Assembly: GCA_030141605.1 (NCBI GenBank)
Contig: JAQGDQ010000153.1
Span: 310,001 to 374,000, forward strand
DNA length: 64,000 nucleotides
Direction of reading: 5' to 3'
From: Tubiluchus corallicola
Lineage: Eukaryota; Animalia; Priapulida
Below are positions 22,831-36,300 of this stretch, in pieces; the stretch's first letter is position 1, and each line of letters begins with the position of its first letter. Made by a program: the position numbers and the translations under genes. A model generated the notes under the pieces. That model was not told the DNA's origin. It ran no database searches and saw only the letters and a program-made list of their open reading frames with translations.

Positions 22831-24334
22831 AAGAAGTCGCACATTTAGTAAAATATGAGTTTTAGAGAGGGGTTACTGTGGGGGATAATTATTTTAGTTA
22901 TTTTTGCCTCTGCCAAGGAAATTATGCTTCGACGCAGTTTGTTTGTTTACTATATAGAGCATTACTATTACAGAATGAAAAAAATTACTATACTATTGAA
23001 TGAATGAATGAATTATTAAATTAATGAATAGACAAAAAACTAAACAAGCAAACACGTAAATAAACAAAATAAAAAAAATCACCCACCAAACCACTATTAC
23101 CAAGCAAGGAGACAAGTAACAAGAAAACTAAATAAGGCAATCAACAAATAAAAAACATTCTATTTTTATTCGTTTCCTGGTTGACAGATTAATGAAATTA
23201 GGCAACCAACCTACCAACAAACCAACTAACTAACCATTATGTGACAAACATATTTTACAGAAGTGGCGGATTTTTTTCCGAAACAAATAACCAAACTTTA
23301 ACATCTTGTCAAGCAAAATAATTTTATAAACGTGAGAAACAAACTAAAAATTATTTGACATATTCCAAACAACGAAATCTGTCAACTGAATACAAGAAAA
23401 GTGTTATGATACCGGCGTTCAATTAAAAATGTTTTTGTTTGCTAAAGCGTAGCAGACTTTCATGCTCTCCAATGTACACAACTACTGGACAGTGATTGAT
23501 AGTTGACCTACTTATTTCACGCAAGCACATTAGGATTCGCTGAGAAACCATCTGCAGCACAACTATGATAAAGTATCGCACATTAAGCCCAAATACGTGC
23601 CGTCAGAGAACGTTAATTTGTCCTCATTCAGCTCTCTGCAAACTCACCTTCCGTTGCTTGCAAACTGCTTATGGGTTAATTGCGATCCAGCCTTATTTTT
23701 TGACCAGAAATCCTATCCGTTCGGGAAATTGTTAAGGTCTATTTTGAGGTTTATGTATATTATTTGGCTGTTCCCCGTGTAGGGGGTTGCTGCCATAACA
23801 AGAGTCACGTGATTAACCCTGGTGGCGGGGCTGAGCGCGGATTGGTGAAGCTGCGCGGTAAAGATTTCTTTAAGAGATAAATTTTAATTGCCTAATTGCG
23901 GTATTTCCCGTCGCGCAAACGTCCTCAAAATTGCTGTCACGGCTTTAACGCAGCTTGTGTAGATTCAATCAAATCAACTAACTCTGAGAGACTAAATTCG
24001 CCCTGCAACATACGGGCATTTGAAGAAAACTTGCAGTGGGCTCCCCGCTAACAGGAATCAGATGCTAAAGAAGCCCTAGCTGCTGTAATCCGTGACTACG
24101 TTGAAAGCTTGGAATCACTCGCGGTTTTCAGTATCAATTCAATTCACTGGGCCAGTTGTGCACCGGGAACTTTGTTACAACACTGTGGTAATAACTGTAA
24201 TTGATGCTGAGAGGAGCCCTTTGCTGAAGCCAAGGGAGGAGTTTCATGTGACTTCTGACTGGTACATGTTAATGTGAATTGAGTGATAGAACTATAGATA
24301 TAATTATAAGCCAACAGATACCTCACTAGAAAAC

Positions 24335-24343
24335 ATGAGTGCG
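24335..24343 (+). CDS. CaM-like candidate exon 1 (MSA)
   Basis: aaacATG AGT GCG|gtaagt: good start context and a perfect phase-0 donor matching exon 2. Confidence 0.55.
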
Positions 24344-27300
24344 GTAAGTATAGGCTAATTTGACCAGTACTTTACATTCTTTTACTTGTTAACCTTTTTT
24401 TCTACTAATTAAGTTTTTATAAATACGAGATTTTGTCTCCATAATAGATAAATATTATTCATGTTTTCCACCTATAGATTATTTAAAATGATCTTACTTT
24501 AAATTCAGTTCTGGAGCAAAGAATAAGAAGCAAATCGTCCAATTACAGTAGTACTCCTAAATAATAAGTCTTTAATTTTCTCATCATTATCATCATCATC
24601 ATCATCATCATCGTCGTCGTCGTCGTCATCATCACATTCCTTTGGCCTGCAATCATTGCCCTTTCTTACTCCTTATGTAAAGTTAACTTATATTCTTATT
24701 ATCTTTGCACCGAAGTTACACTTTCCTATTTTGCTTTTACATTATTTCCATTTTACTTTCTTGCGTGTTTGAAAGTTTTGTGCCACAAATGGGCAGCTGT
24801 GTGCAATTGGCCGTGCGCCGACGATATATGTAATTCATGTCGCAGTGGAGGGTCCAAAATGTGACAATCCGTCGCCCTGCCATTCGCACATACGGTTGCT
24901 TTCGATATCACACGACAGAACCGGAAGAGGGTAAAAGTAAAATAGAAAACCAAAAGTATAAAGAAGAATATAATATGAGAAGAAAAACATATGGAGAGAA
25001 AAAAGACAGAAAACAGAGAAAAGAGAAGAAAAATGAGTAATGGATATGTAGCGCAAACAAGATGGGATGATTAGCAGGCGACCGACTAGATTCCTTATTT
25101 ATGTATTAACTAATTCTAATAGTACGACTAAGCCCTGGACCTTGGACAGTTTGGAAAGATTCTATGTAGGGTATTTAGGTATGCGCCACGTAGTTTATAG
25201 CTTGAGCTTAATCACAGCTTTATGACATTTTATAACTGCTCTTATACGTGTATGTCTTACATAATTGAAGTTGGGGATTGGCTTCCTGCCCATTAAGTGT
25301 TGAATCTGTTGACCCATATCACCTAGAGATTGTGCATCGTTTTTGCGTATCTACTCACTTTTCAAATACATGGTAGGTGCATTTTATTACAACTCTTCGT
25401 TATTTATCTTGGCTCAGTAGCTTTGGATGCCTTTGCAATTCACTTGCGCACCTTACTCAAATATAAGCAGAAGCTCAGAGGAAATATCTCTCTATATATG
25501 ACTGCTTATTCCAGGATTGGCTTATAGGTTAATTTAAGCCGCCTAAGAGTCCAGAGTTAATCCTGCATGCGAATTACTCGACATGACAAAACTTAGCAGA
25601 GTAAGTGCACCTTCGGGAGCAGAAAAAATGTGACAGTTTTTTAAGTGATTGATTATCACAAGAACAGTATTATACTATAGGCCCTAAGGTACACCGGTTC
25701 GATTTTTGTGCTACGTTTGTTTTTTGTGGCCAGTTTTGTCAGATTGGGGGCGCTAAATTCAAAAATGATCGGTGCCATTTTTTCACATCTTTAGCTGCCG
25801 TCTAGATTTAGAAATGCCCGCCGTTATTATTTACTAATAAAGTGTTTCGCTGAGTTTCTGATAGGAATTTGGGCTAGATTCAATTTTTTCAAAATTGACC
25901 GAAATTGACAAAAGTGGCCACAAAAAACAATTTTTTTCACGAAAATCTAGAGCTAGCCATAAATTTCTGACATAGCACATTGTACTGCTAACTCTCACAA
26001 TTGTTTTGCTCAAGAATCGTGATAGTTTGAAGATTTTTTTAAAATCATATTCCGTTTTTGCAAATAAGCTTTTGCACTTGATGAGAAAATGTAATTCATA
26101 TAACTTGTAGAAAAAATAAGCAAATATCAACCCAATAGCATTGGCGACATGCTGTTCGTTACATATTTATTCTCTCCAGATATCCGCTGTAAATGGACTG
26201 AGACATCAAAACGAAAAACTGAATGACACTAAAAACTAACTCGTCTGATAAAATAAATGAATGGCAGGCATCCCTTATTTACATTTTCACAAAGAATGAG
26301 TTCATTTTCTCTGGAAAGTTAAACAGTTCTTGTGTGGATGCGCTTATGTGTGCAGCAAAACGCGCGTTAAGCAATATAAGTTTTGTTAATTTATTTGATC
26401 AATAGGGCTATGCAGTGTAATTACAAGTTTGTACATAAATATATAGTAATAACTTGGTAATAATGAAATCAGACAATTTTAACACTTGCACAAAAGATGT
26501 ATATCAAACTTGACTGAGTATCATGAAACGAGACGAGTAGACATAATATTATCTAAAATAAACATAATATATGCAGTTTATTTTTGTTTTCGTCAGATGA
26601 TCATTATTTACGTATTTAACAATTTTTCTAATCGTTGTTAAAATTCCGCACTATTTTACAGGTTTTCGTTTGCTAAAATGTTGTCAAAGTTACAAACTAT
26701 ACGAGAATAATTTTTGAATCTAGTATTGATTTTTCTACTGGTCTGCTATTTAATATAGGCTAAGTTATTGATGGCGGCCATGTTGGATTTAAAACTGGCC
26801 TCTGGATGTTTTCCAATATAACTAACGTCATTTAAACTCCCTAACCACAAAAATGTAGGTATACTAAGGCATAATGTAGGTATACATCTTGATATTTGCT
26901 CTGATTACAGGATATTCGCAATAACCTGAGCGCCATGCTGGCCATTTTTAAATTAGGGGCGAAATTCAGGTGGCCCATATGCAAAAAATCTTTGTATTGA
27001 GGAATGCTAATTGTGTTCCAAGTTTCATGCTTTTAACGGGAAAGTCGTGATCGACCGGAATTTTAAGCTAAGTGGTACTATAATTTCTATTTTTTAAGCA
27101 ATTCATATCTGTTACAATATAACACCATGTGTATTTTGGCTCTATTTTTGTTTATTACGACTGCATTGTGTACAGAAAGTATTTTGTTGACTGGAATTTT
27201 ATTTGTTTTTCTGTTGCGCGTTTCTATATATGTTTCTATGTGTGAACTTACTTTAAATTTTATTAAACTAATTTTGGTGTCAGGAGGTATTACTTTGATC

Positions 27301-30300
27301 TGTAGATAATTTCCTAATTCATAATTTTATTTTTCTTCAACTAGTAATTTTCTCGCCTACGTTGTGAATTTATTTCCTTCGTTGTGTTGTTATTAACCTG
27401 CGCTGACGACAAAACTTTTTACACATTTAATTTACTTACAAGACTATATCGTGATTTAGCAGCAGTGACTAATATTCTCGTCCATCATCGTCAAACTGTA
27501 TATATTTCCTAGGAAATCATCAAACTGTATAAATTTCCTAGGAAACCCGTCACCAGGTAACTCTTTCAGGACAGAATCAATGGGTTAATGAAGATTACAA
27601 AAAGGAGAAAAATGTGTTTTTGCGTTTTTCCAACATTCGTGTTAAAGATTTAAAAACGGATCACTGCGTCAATAGTGGAATGCCCAGCTGAATAGCTCTC
27701 ACCATTCTAACATTACAATTCAATCTCATTAATTTCTACAGTATTTTGATCTGTCAGTGGAGAGAGTAATAAATGTAACAGAAATTGTACTACAGGAATG
27801 TTACACAGACAATTAAAAATGTAATGTCATTGAAAATTAAATTTTCCCTCCCATTTTCTGAACACCACACTGATTGTTGAATGCAAGGACACACCACAAA
27901 GAACCACAGCGTAAGTTTAGAACTATGTCGTATGAATTGGCTAAAGCATTAACGATAATCACATAACGCCTCTGTAATGAGAACACCTACTAACACCCAG
28001 CCCACTTAAACACGATATATCGAAAACGGCTCTGTGTTTCTCGGTAAACTCTAGATAGTGTCATGCAATATTTTCAACAAATGATGAACAACAGTGATAA
28101 AATAGTCGCACAAGAGTTTAATTCGGCTGTCAGCTGTTTTGCCTCCATTTAGTTTAAAGCTGATATTGATTTTTTCAAACATGAACTTTATCAATTCTCA
28201 CGATGAGGTGACAATGATTACATCAATCATGCTAGGTTCCTGATAGGTGGTAACGATAACAATAATAGTAAGGAAGCAAACACAAATTTCGGCGGTGTAG
28301 AACCAAGTCAACGGATTGTTTTTAATTTATCATCATTATTATCATTTATTATTTATAGTCACAGTATTTACAATATGAATTAATGACGTCATTCCTCAAC
28401 TATTATTGAAACCCACGTACTTGTGTATGCCGAAAGGAAGAAAATGCGTAAAAGGCGGTATTATCGTTATCATCATCATCATCATCGTCGTCGTCGTCGT
28501 CGTCGTCATTTGTTAGCTTCAGTTGTTTTTTTGTAATTCGGATGAATTTGCAAACTGGTAAATTCATATGTTTATATAAAAGGAACTATTGTGCTAAATT
28601 AGAAGTGAAACCTTTATAAAAATACCCCATCACACAATTTTGAAAAGTGCTTTCAGTCAGTCTCATAGACAGTAATAACTGCTGTAGCACTAACAGAAAT
28701 AGCAGCGATAGTAGCAGCGGTAGTGGCGGCGGCAGCTGCAGCATCGGCAGTAGCACATTAATGAGCTAAAAACTTTTCTTATATCTCATTATGCTAACAC
28801 AAACATCTCATTTTGATTACATTGTGGTTTCGTGCATTTTCGTGTGATCCCAATTTCTGTTCACCCTGTGAACATGTTTAATATTTGAAACACGCAGATA
28901 GAAACATTGCTAGATGGCAGGTAACACGTCTCTCAGCAGCGTTATTTAACTCGTCTTATACTTAGTTCCAGTCGTTTCAGACATGAAGTTATTCCCTAGA
29001 AAGGCTCATAAATTACCAAGAATAATCCCGAAAGTCTTCTTGAAGCTTTGAGCCACAAGCAAATAGCAGGCGTGATTTTTGTTTTAAGTAAGTTTGTTTA
29101 TTAAATATTTACACTGCGTTGATTCAGAGTTATAGCAACGATATTTTCTAACAATAACTGGCGCTTCTTTAGTGCATACTGTAATAGCTAATGTCTAAGC
29201 GCAATATATCATTTTAGATTTATTCGCTGGATTATGGAACAAACAGGCAACGTCTAGTTTAATCTGAGCATTTTAATTTTTGCCAGCATAATTTTCGTCT
29301 TCAGAATTAATGAATCGGGAGCCTACGCCATGAAAACGATCGTGAAAGATTAGGTCCAAAGAATCTGAAAGTTTTCATTATAAATTTCAATAAGACGCAT
29401 TTCAAAAGGTGATCAGGCAATCAGCCTACTGTGTTTGTCTTATAGCAGCTTTCAAACTATAACTACTGAAGGAGTTAACCCTGAAATGCGCAAATTGAGT
29501 TATCTAAGGTCCAAGTGTTTAATAAATGATCTAATTATACTATAACAGGTCTCATTGACATTTATTGAACGCTGTTTCTTCATATGTAATTGAATTATTA
29601 TTATTTGGTCCACTTGCAGCATTTACACTTTGGTCTACTCTTGATTTAGCTCAGTTGTGTAGGTTTTGCTATGTAAAAAGGAGGAACATAATCCTCCAGA
29701 ACTTTCAGACAGGAGGAACATAATCACTCCAGTATCAAGGTCTCAAATTTATCACTTAAAAATTAATTACAAAATATACTTTTGTAACACATCTATCGTA
29801 ATTTTAGCCTGCTGTACATAGTAATCATTTTGAGGCACCAGGCAAACAAATGTTGAGTCTTTCTGAGATCAGCTTTTGAACGTTTCTTCAGTTCACGCTG
29901 TTCAAACGCATGCCTACTTTCTGCGTTAAATTGCATGGAAGTACTTACTGTATTCCCACTTGACTTGGAAACTTAGATATCAGTTACTCCTCTTACCTGT
30001 TCATAAAAATGCTTTCGCTTTTGACTAAGCGAGGCGCTGAACTTGCCTCCAAACATCAAAACAGTTTCAAGAACCAAGCACTTAATTACGGATTAAAGTT
30101 CAATCTCATACGTACTTCCTTTCATAAACGTTACTATCTGATTTATGACAGAAGCTTTTTTGCAGGTGGTCGAGTTTTGTAATGCAGGAATCCTTTACAC
30201 AAAACGTATTTTTGTTTTTCAGGACGATAATTACGGGCTCACTGAGGAACAAGTTTCAGGTAAAAAACAGTTTCTTGCTATTTTTTTAATACAAAACAAT

Positions 30301-33300
30301 TTAGTAAGTGTATGTTCTAATTCGTGCATGATTTTTTTATCCTCATTGATATTAGTTTGTCTGATTTTATGCAAAGTGTATCGGAATACAGCTAGCCGTT
30401 TCTTACTTATTCAAGCGTGTTTCTTAAACGGATTCAGCTCAATTCAGTAACTGAAAATTCTTTAGAGTATCTTACATGATGTACAGTTAACACAATCACG
30501 TTTCATCACATTCGAAGTACATTTGCAGTAAACAACTAGAACAATGAGTATTAATGGAGACAGTAAAATTACTATAGCCCCAGAACTGACAAATAATAAC
30601 TATATTATAGGTGTTAAATTAAATACTAAATATTATATTAATTAAATATTTGTTAAAAATCCTGAATAGTATGGCAACGTATATAAAATATAAACGTATT
30701 TGCACTTTCAATAATACTTCTCGAAATATAGCCAGAGCGACATAGCAATATTTAAATAGTGGTTTGTTAATAAAGCGTTTAATATTATTTTCTGCACTTG
30801 CAGTGTAGCCTATACCATAAGCACAACAGATAAAAATTGCATGGAGAGCGTCATTATATACAGGGCCTATTTCAGGGGGGGGGGGGGTAAGTGGGGATAC
30901 TTCCCCGGGGCCTCACCCTCCAGGGGGGCCTCGCGCCGAGGTAACATTTTTTTGCCTTATGCGAACATTCAATTGTTCTTTCCTTTAACAACTGTATAAC
31001 TCCATATTTTCTCTTCGAAAATGCTTCTCCGGCATTCTAGCAGTTCAAAATTTTCTGGTGCTTCGCCCCCCCCCCCCAGGGGGCCTCACACGCCCCACTT
31101 CCCCGGGCCTCGCTTAGACTGAAATAGGCCCTGATTATATATGGGCAAATATGTGCAAAACCGCGTACTGTAAACTGTTGTCACATAAGAAAAGCAGATT
31201 TTATTCTTTTAGAAAAAGAATTAAATTTAGTTAGTGAGACACTTGCTCTAGCATACAAAAGATCTTGTAGATACTATTACAGTATCTATTCTGTAATTAG
31301 GCGATTTTGGGTTAGTGTTTCCTTTCACTCACATCAGTCACGTGAACTTCTCTTACTGTCCTGTTATTAGTTATAAATACTGCCTTATGCGATGTTATTG
31401 TGTTTAGATAAATCGCCGTTTTGTGGGAACCGAACTTATCAAATTTATTTTCTCGCATACGGTGTTAGTTAGATATGTGCGTGGTGCATTAAAATTTCAC
31501 AAACGGGTTTTTTGGCAATAAACCTATGCGGAAGGCAGATTCATATGTACTTGTTCCTATTTTATTTTTGTCTATTTAGATTTTGCTTGTTTGTATTTGT
31601 GTTAAGAAATTGCACTGTCTATATTACCTAAAACGAAGTATTGGCGCATCCGTTTACTTGATCAGCCGCAAAATTAAGAATAAATGAGCTTTGAAATTCT
31701 GGAGATTTTGATTTACCCATCTGTAAACATTTTCAATTTTCCTGGATTAGAAACTTTGCCAGCGATTTGTCAGACTGTTTCAACGATGTCCGCCACAATC
31801 ATGTCCAGACTTAATCAGTTCGGTGCTTGATCCAAGCGGGACAATATTTCCTGACATTAACTAAATATTTAAGCGAAATTAAGTGTCGTGCAGCGTAACC
31901 ATTGGAAAAGTGCTTATATATTAATATTTATTTAACACAAAATGTTTTAACATAACCTCTATAAGTGCTTTGGTCAGAAAGAAAGCTTTTAATTCCTCCT
32001 TAGCAAGAAGCTGCTTGTCTTGACACAGTGAAACCATGCTGGCGTCTAGGGAACTGACTTAAGATTTTGATCTTCCGCCATTTTACCATTATACTCTTCA
32101 TACATTCAACAATTCCGTGAGTAGGTAGTCGTGCATGATATTACATCGCTTTGCAAGATGCTAAATGATTGAAACCCACATACACATAATTATTAGTAGC
32201 GAGCATTCACAAAGACGGCATCATTAAGTTCCTGGTTCCTGTAGACTCTTTTGTCCGGCAAGGTTGTCACCGATCTTCAGAAAGTGATCATTATCTGCGC
32301 TTACGAGGTGATCTAAAAGCGTACGTTAGTACTGCCTACACATAAAAAGTCAAGCGGAGCTTAAAGTTGATTGAACATCACACGTAAAAAAGCATTTTAC
32401 CACAAAAGAAATTCTGTTGCTGCATTAACTTAAATTCATAGCTGCTTTTACTGCAGATGTTCGCGAGATTGAGCCCTTTTGTCATTGTTCAAGAATAACC
32501 CCACCAAATACTCTTATCAAAACTAGTTACAAGATTTCATTCCATTACCGAGAGTGGTCTCTGGTTTTGCTTAGGGTGAATTGTATAAAACAGAAAATTT
32601 ATTCGTGCAAGTAAGGGGCAAATAAGCTTGAAAACTTGGGGGAAGAACTAAAGTGCTCGAGGCATTTTTAGCTTTTTGTAACAGAATTAGCTCCGTTTAG
32701 AAAACTGTATAAATGATCAATGAGTCCAATTATATATAATTTTCTAACTATATCAGAGGTCGTTTACACTACAATAGCACAATTATTGTATATCATATGT
32801 GCGAATTACCTTTATAGTTGTACAACAAACAGAAGTACAACATGCACCAGATGATTGTCAGCTATTTAATAGCATCAATGTCCTTTATCATGTCGGACAA
32901 ACTGGAATAAACAAGCCATGAAACAATCCTGCGTCTAAAAAAGCTAACTGACTGTATAGTCACCGTAGTGCGGAAAGTGTACAAATCAATGCGAAGATAA
33001 GAAATAGTGGAAAATTGAGGATGGGACTTATCGTTTTGTGGGCAGCGAACTGCTGCTCAGGCAAATTATTGATACGAGTGTACGTATCAACTTGCACCTT
33101 ACTGTGAAATTCTATGAAGTTTATAACTAAGTGGCCAGAAAAATCAGCTTAAATTTGTTGTAGGACGGGCCGACAAAGCCGTAGGGAAGAGTGAAAAAAC
33201 TTTGTATGCGTCGTCTGAGATAGAACACTCAGGACGTTTACAAATATACTGGATCATGTATTAGAAGGATTTTATATCAGGAGAATCTTTATATCACGAG

Positions 33301-36300
33301 AGGGATCTCCTCTTTGCTAAAGCAGTACACTGAACGCATTTTCTTGAAACCTATTACCTAATTATTATCTAAACTAACCTAATTCTTCCGAATGAACCGC
33401 TTATTGAACATTAATGACATCAGGACGATGTTGTCACATATCTGGATATTGGTAGCAGGTTGAGGTTACCTGTCATTAACTTAGCAAGGCGTTTTGTTGT
33501 GTTGAATATTGAAGAATTTTTGAATGGTGTTTTATTCTACAAAATATATTGCTTACCAAAATACGTTAATAAATATTAAAGGAATTTTGTAATGCTGATG
33601 ATACACATGTAAAGCAATGCTAAACGACGCCCATTTATAAACAATCTGAGGTATTGATGCACGTAGAAATGTCCACACTATATTCTTCGCAGAAAGGCGG
33701 ATAACGCTTTTATTGAGACATTGATGCGTATGTACTTCTTGTAATGCATCGTGGGGAGTACCTTAATGGGAAAGAAATGGCCAGAAAGTTATGCAAGCCT
33801 TTTAATATCATAATCAACTTTAAGTGTCCCTCCATTAGCACTTTACGCTTCTCGTCGCTCTGGATATGGTCGTTTACGAGCTGTTTTGACATAGAACTTC
33901 ACTTTTAACGATTTAAAAAAAATCTTTTGAAATTGTAGCTTAAAACAGTGATGCCATTTCAAGAGCGTGCTTAAAGTTGAATCATTATTCATGCATGAAG
34001 CTGCAACTCTGGTGCTATGGGCGGAAGAATGATTGACTCATTGTCCACTATGCTGGCTTCTATGGATGCTTACAAATGACTGTGGGCTTGAGCTTAATAC
34101 AAGTGAATAAAACAAATTGGTAATAAAATCAACTATGAAGGAACGTGAAGATATTACTGTGAACTGCAGAAAATAAGCTTTAATAACTATAATAAATTGC
34201 CAGAATAATGTATGCAAAATATGCAAAACTATGAAGAAGATAAGAAATGAATTGAGAAAAAGTACTACAAGGAGAAAGAAAGGAGCAGGAGAAGGGAAAA
34301 GAAGAAAAGGGTGACAAGACGGAGGAGCTTAATCTCTAGGAGATTATAAGGCACATAGTAGGTGAAGACATTGTGTTTTTCTTTCTCCGTCCTAAACATC
34401 ATGGGTATTCGCCTCGTGACCGTCTGATTAAGATGGTTAAATTTTAACGAAAACTTTGGTTAATGTACAAACAAAGAAAACGCAGTATTTTGTGCATTAA
34501 TTCGGCAACGGTAAAATATACTCGCTGGATTCCCGGTTACTGTATATGCGTGATCATATCTTTATGTTAGATCAGTTAATTGCTATCCATGTCTTAATGG
34601 GTTTTCTTGAAATGATAATAAACACGTTACGCAACTTGATTTTTTGAGGCTTCACAGAAACGTCATTAATTTAAATAACAATTAATGACGGTACCACTAG
34701 ATGACAGCGGTTCTTTACACAACAGAATTATTAATGTTTCAGTAATTGCTCCTCCGCGTATTGTAAGAAACAACAATAAAAGGAAGCTGTCGTTGATTAT
34801 CTTCGCAGTATTTGAAGCCAGCAAAACCTCATAAGCACACTATGTTGCATGTACGTCCAAGAGATGAGTCACATGTTCCTCGGCTGATTGGTTATTTTTT
34901 CTAACAGTTTCTCTGCCAAACAGTTGCTCGGATTATTGGTCTCCATACTTGTTAACCTATAATTAGGGTACTATTGCTTTGTAATTACTATTTCGTTGTT
35001 TAAGTTTAGTTTAGCTGAAAAAAATTTAGTTAAACTGTTCGAAGATATAACACCAGATGTTCTGGAATCAGATCTTACCTGCCTGTTCAATGTCTCCGTT
35101 TGATGCATTGCTATATCATGTGATTGAAGCCAAGTAGACGAAATTTGGTTGTTGAGCATTCCGGGTGTTATACACCCAGGTATTCCGGTCTAAGATGTCT
35201 AGTTTTGCGGGCGTTCTCGTATCATACAACGATGATCTAGTTGCTTATAGTGCTCGCTTGCAAGAAAAAGAGAGAAATCTGTCCGCATAGTGTATGACAT
35301 AGATGATAGCTGCTTGTTAACGATGATACTTACCTGCTATCGATGATATTTACCTGTTGCTGATGATATTTACTTGACGCTGATGATATTTACCTGTTAC
35401 TGATGATACATACCAGCTGTTGTGATACCTGTTGCTGACTATGCTTACCTGACGATACTGACGTTGATGATACTTGCCTTCTGCAGCTGGTACTTCCAGG
35501 CTGTGATTACGAAATTGATGATCCTTACCTTATGACTAGTACATGAGGATGAATGCAATACTGTTTTGGTGTCGTATTAGTGGAGGAGAGGACGTAATCA
35601 GGAGTCGTTAATGTTCAGTGACGTAATTGGATGCAGGAAGGAGAAGTAGAGTAGCCGACTGTTCTATGGTGCACCATTCCAAGAGCTAAGATGTTGGTGA
35701 GGAGTCAGAGAGATAACATTGACGAAAACAGCGATGGGACAGGACTGTTGAAAACACCTTATGTTGTTCTTTTTTTGTTTTCTGAGCTGGCTTGATCATT
35801 GTTATTAAAATTTACCTGGCTGCCTAAACTTTAAGTGTGTCTATTTGCATTGTATTCGAGATTTCATTAAATTGTCACGTTCTTTTATTAATTCAGTAGT
35901 TTTGCTCAGTGTTTTTGACTAAGTGATTTATTCTTTACCTAAGGCTTACATTTAAGTCACGGATCACTCATTTATAAATAGCGAAAATTAGACCAGTAAG
36001 CTTTGAACGAGAATGCATAAAAAGCGCAAGGTATTGCCAGACTGTCATGTTGCCGTCGCCGTAGCAGTAATGGGCCCTGAGTTATAAAGGTGCTTTAAGC
36101 AATGTTTTGCAGAGCAAAGATACATATAGATAGTGACATACTTTGCGATTACATTGTAAAGTTGTCCGTTCTTTATTGCTGCTGCCTTTATTTATCAACG
36201 ATTTTCTTGCTAAGGTATTTGGAGACTGGAGGCTGTGTGCAAATACACTCTGCAACGACTCTATTACATGTGATATAGTTCTATTTATTAGGAAAAGTCA

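Noticed and set aside
22564-22844. Three overlapping F/C/P-rich minus-strand ORFs
   Set aside because: Stop-free frames produced by a minisatellite.
28914-28920. ATG GCA G|gtaaca as an alternative CaM-like first exon
   Set aside because: Phase 1 does not match exon 2 (phase 0) and would require skipping it; no other support.
27485-29733. Short local duplications (27485-27545, 29678-29733; similar ones at 9311-9358 and 62096-62128)
   Set aside because: Ordinary 15-30 bp slippage duplications with no further structure.
35320-35530. CRISPR-like repeat array
   Set aside because: Contiguous degenerate tandem units with no unique spacers, in a eukaryotic intron.
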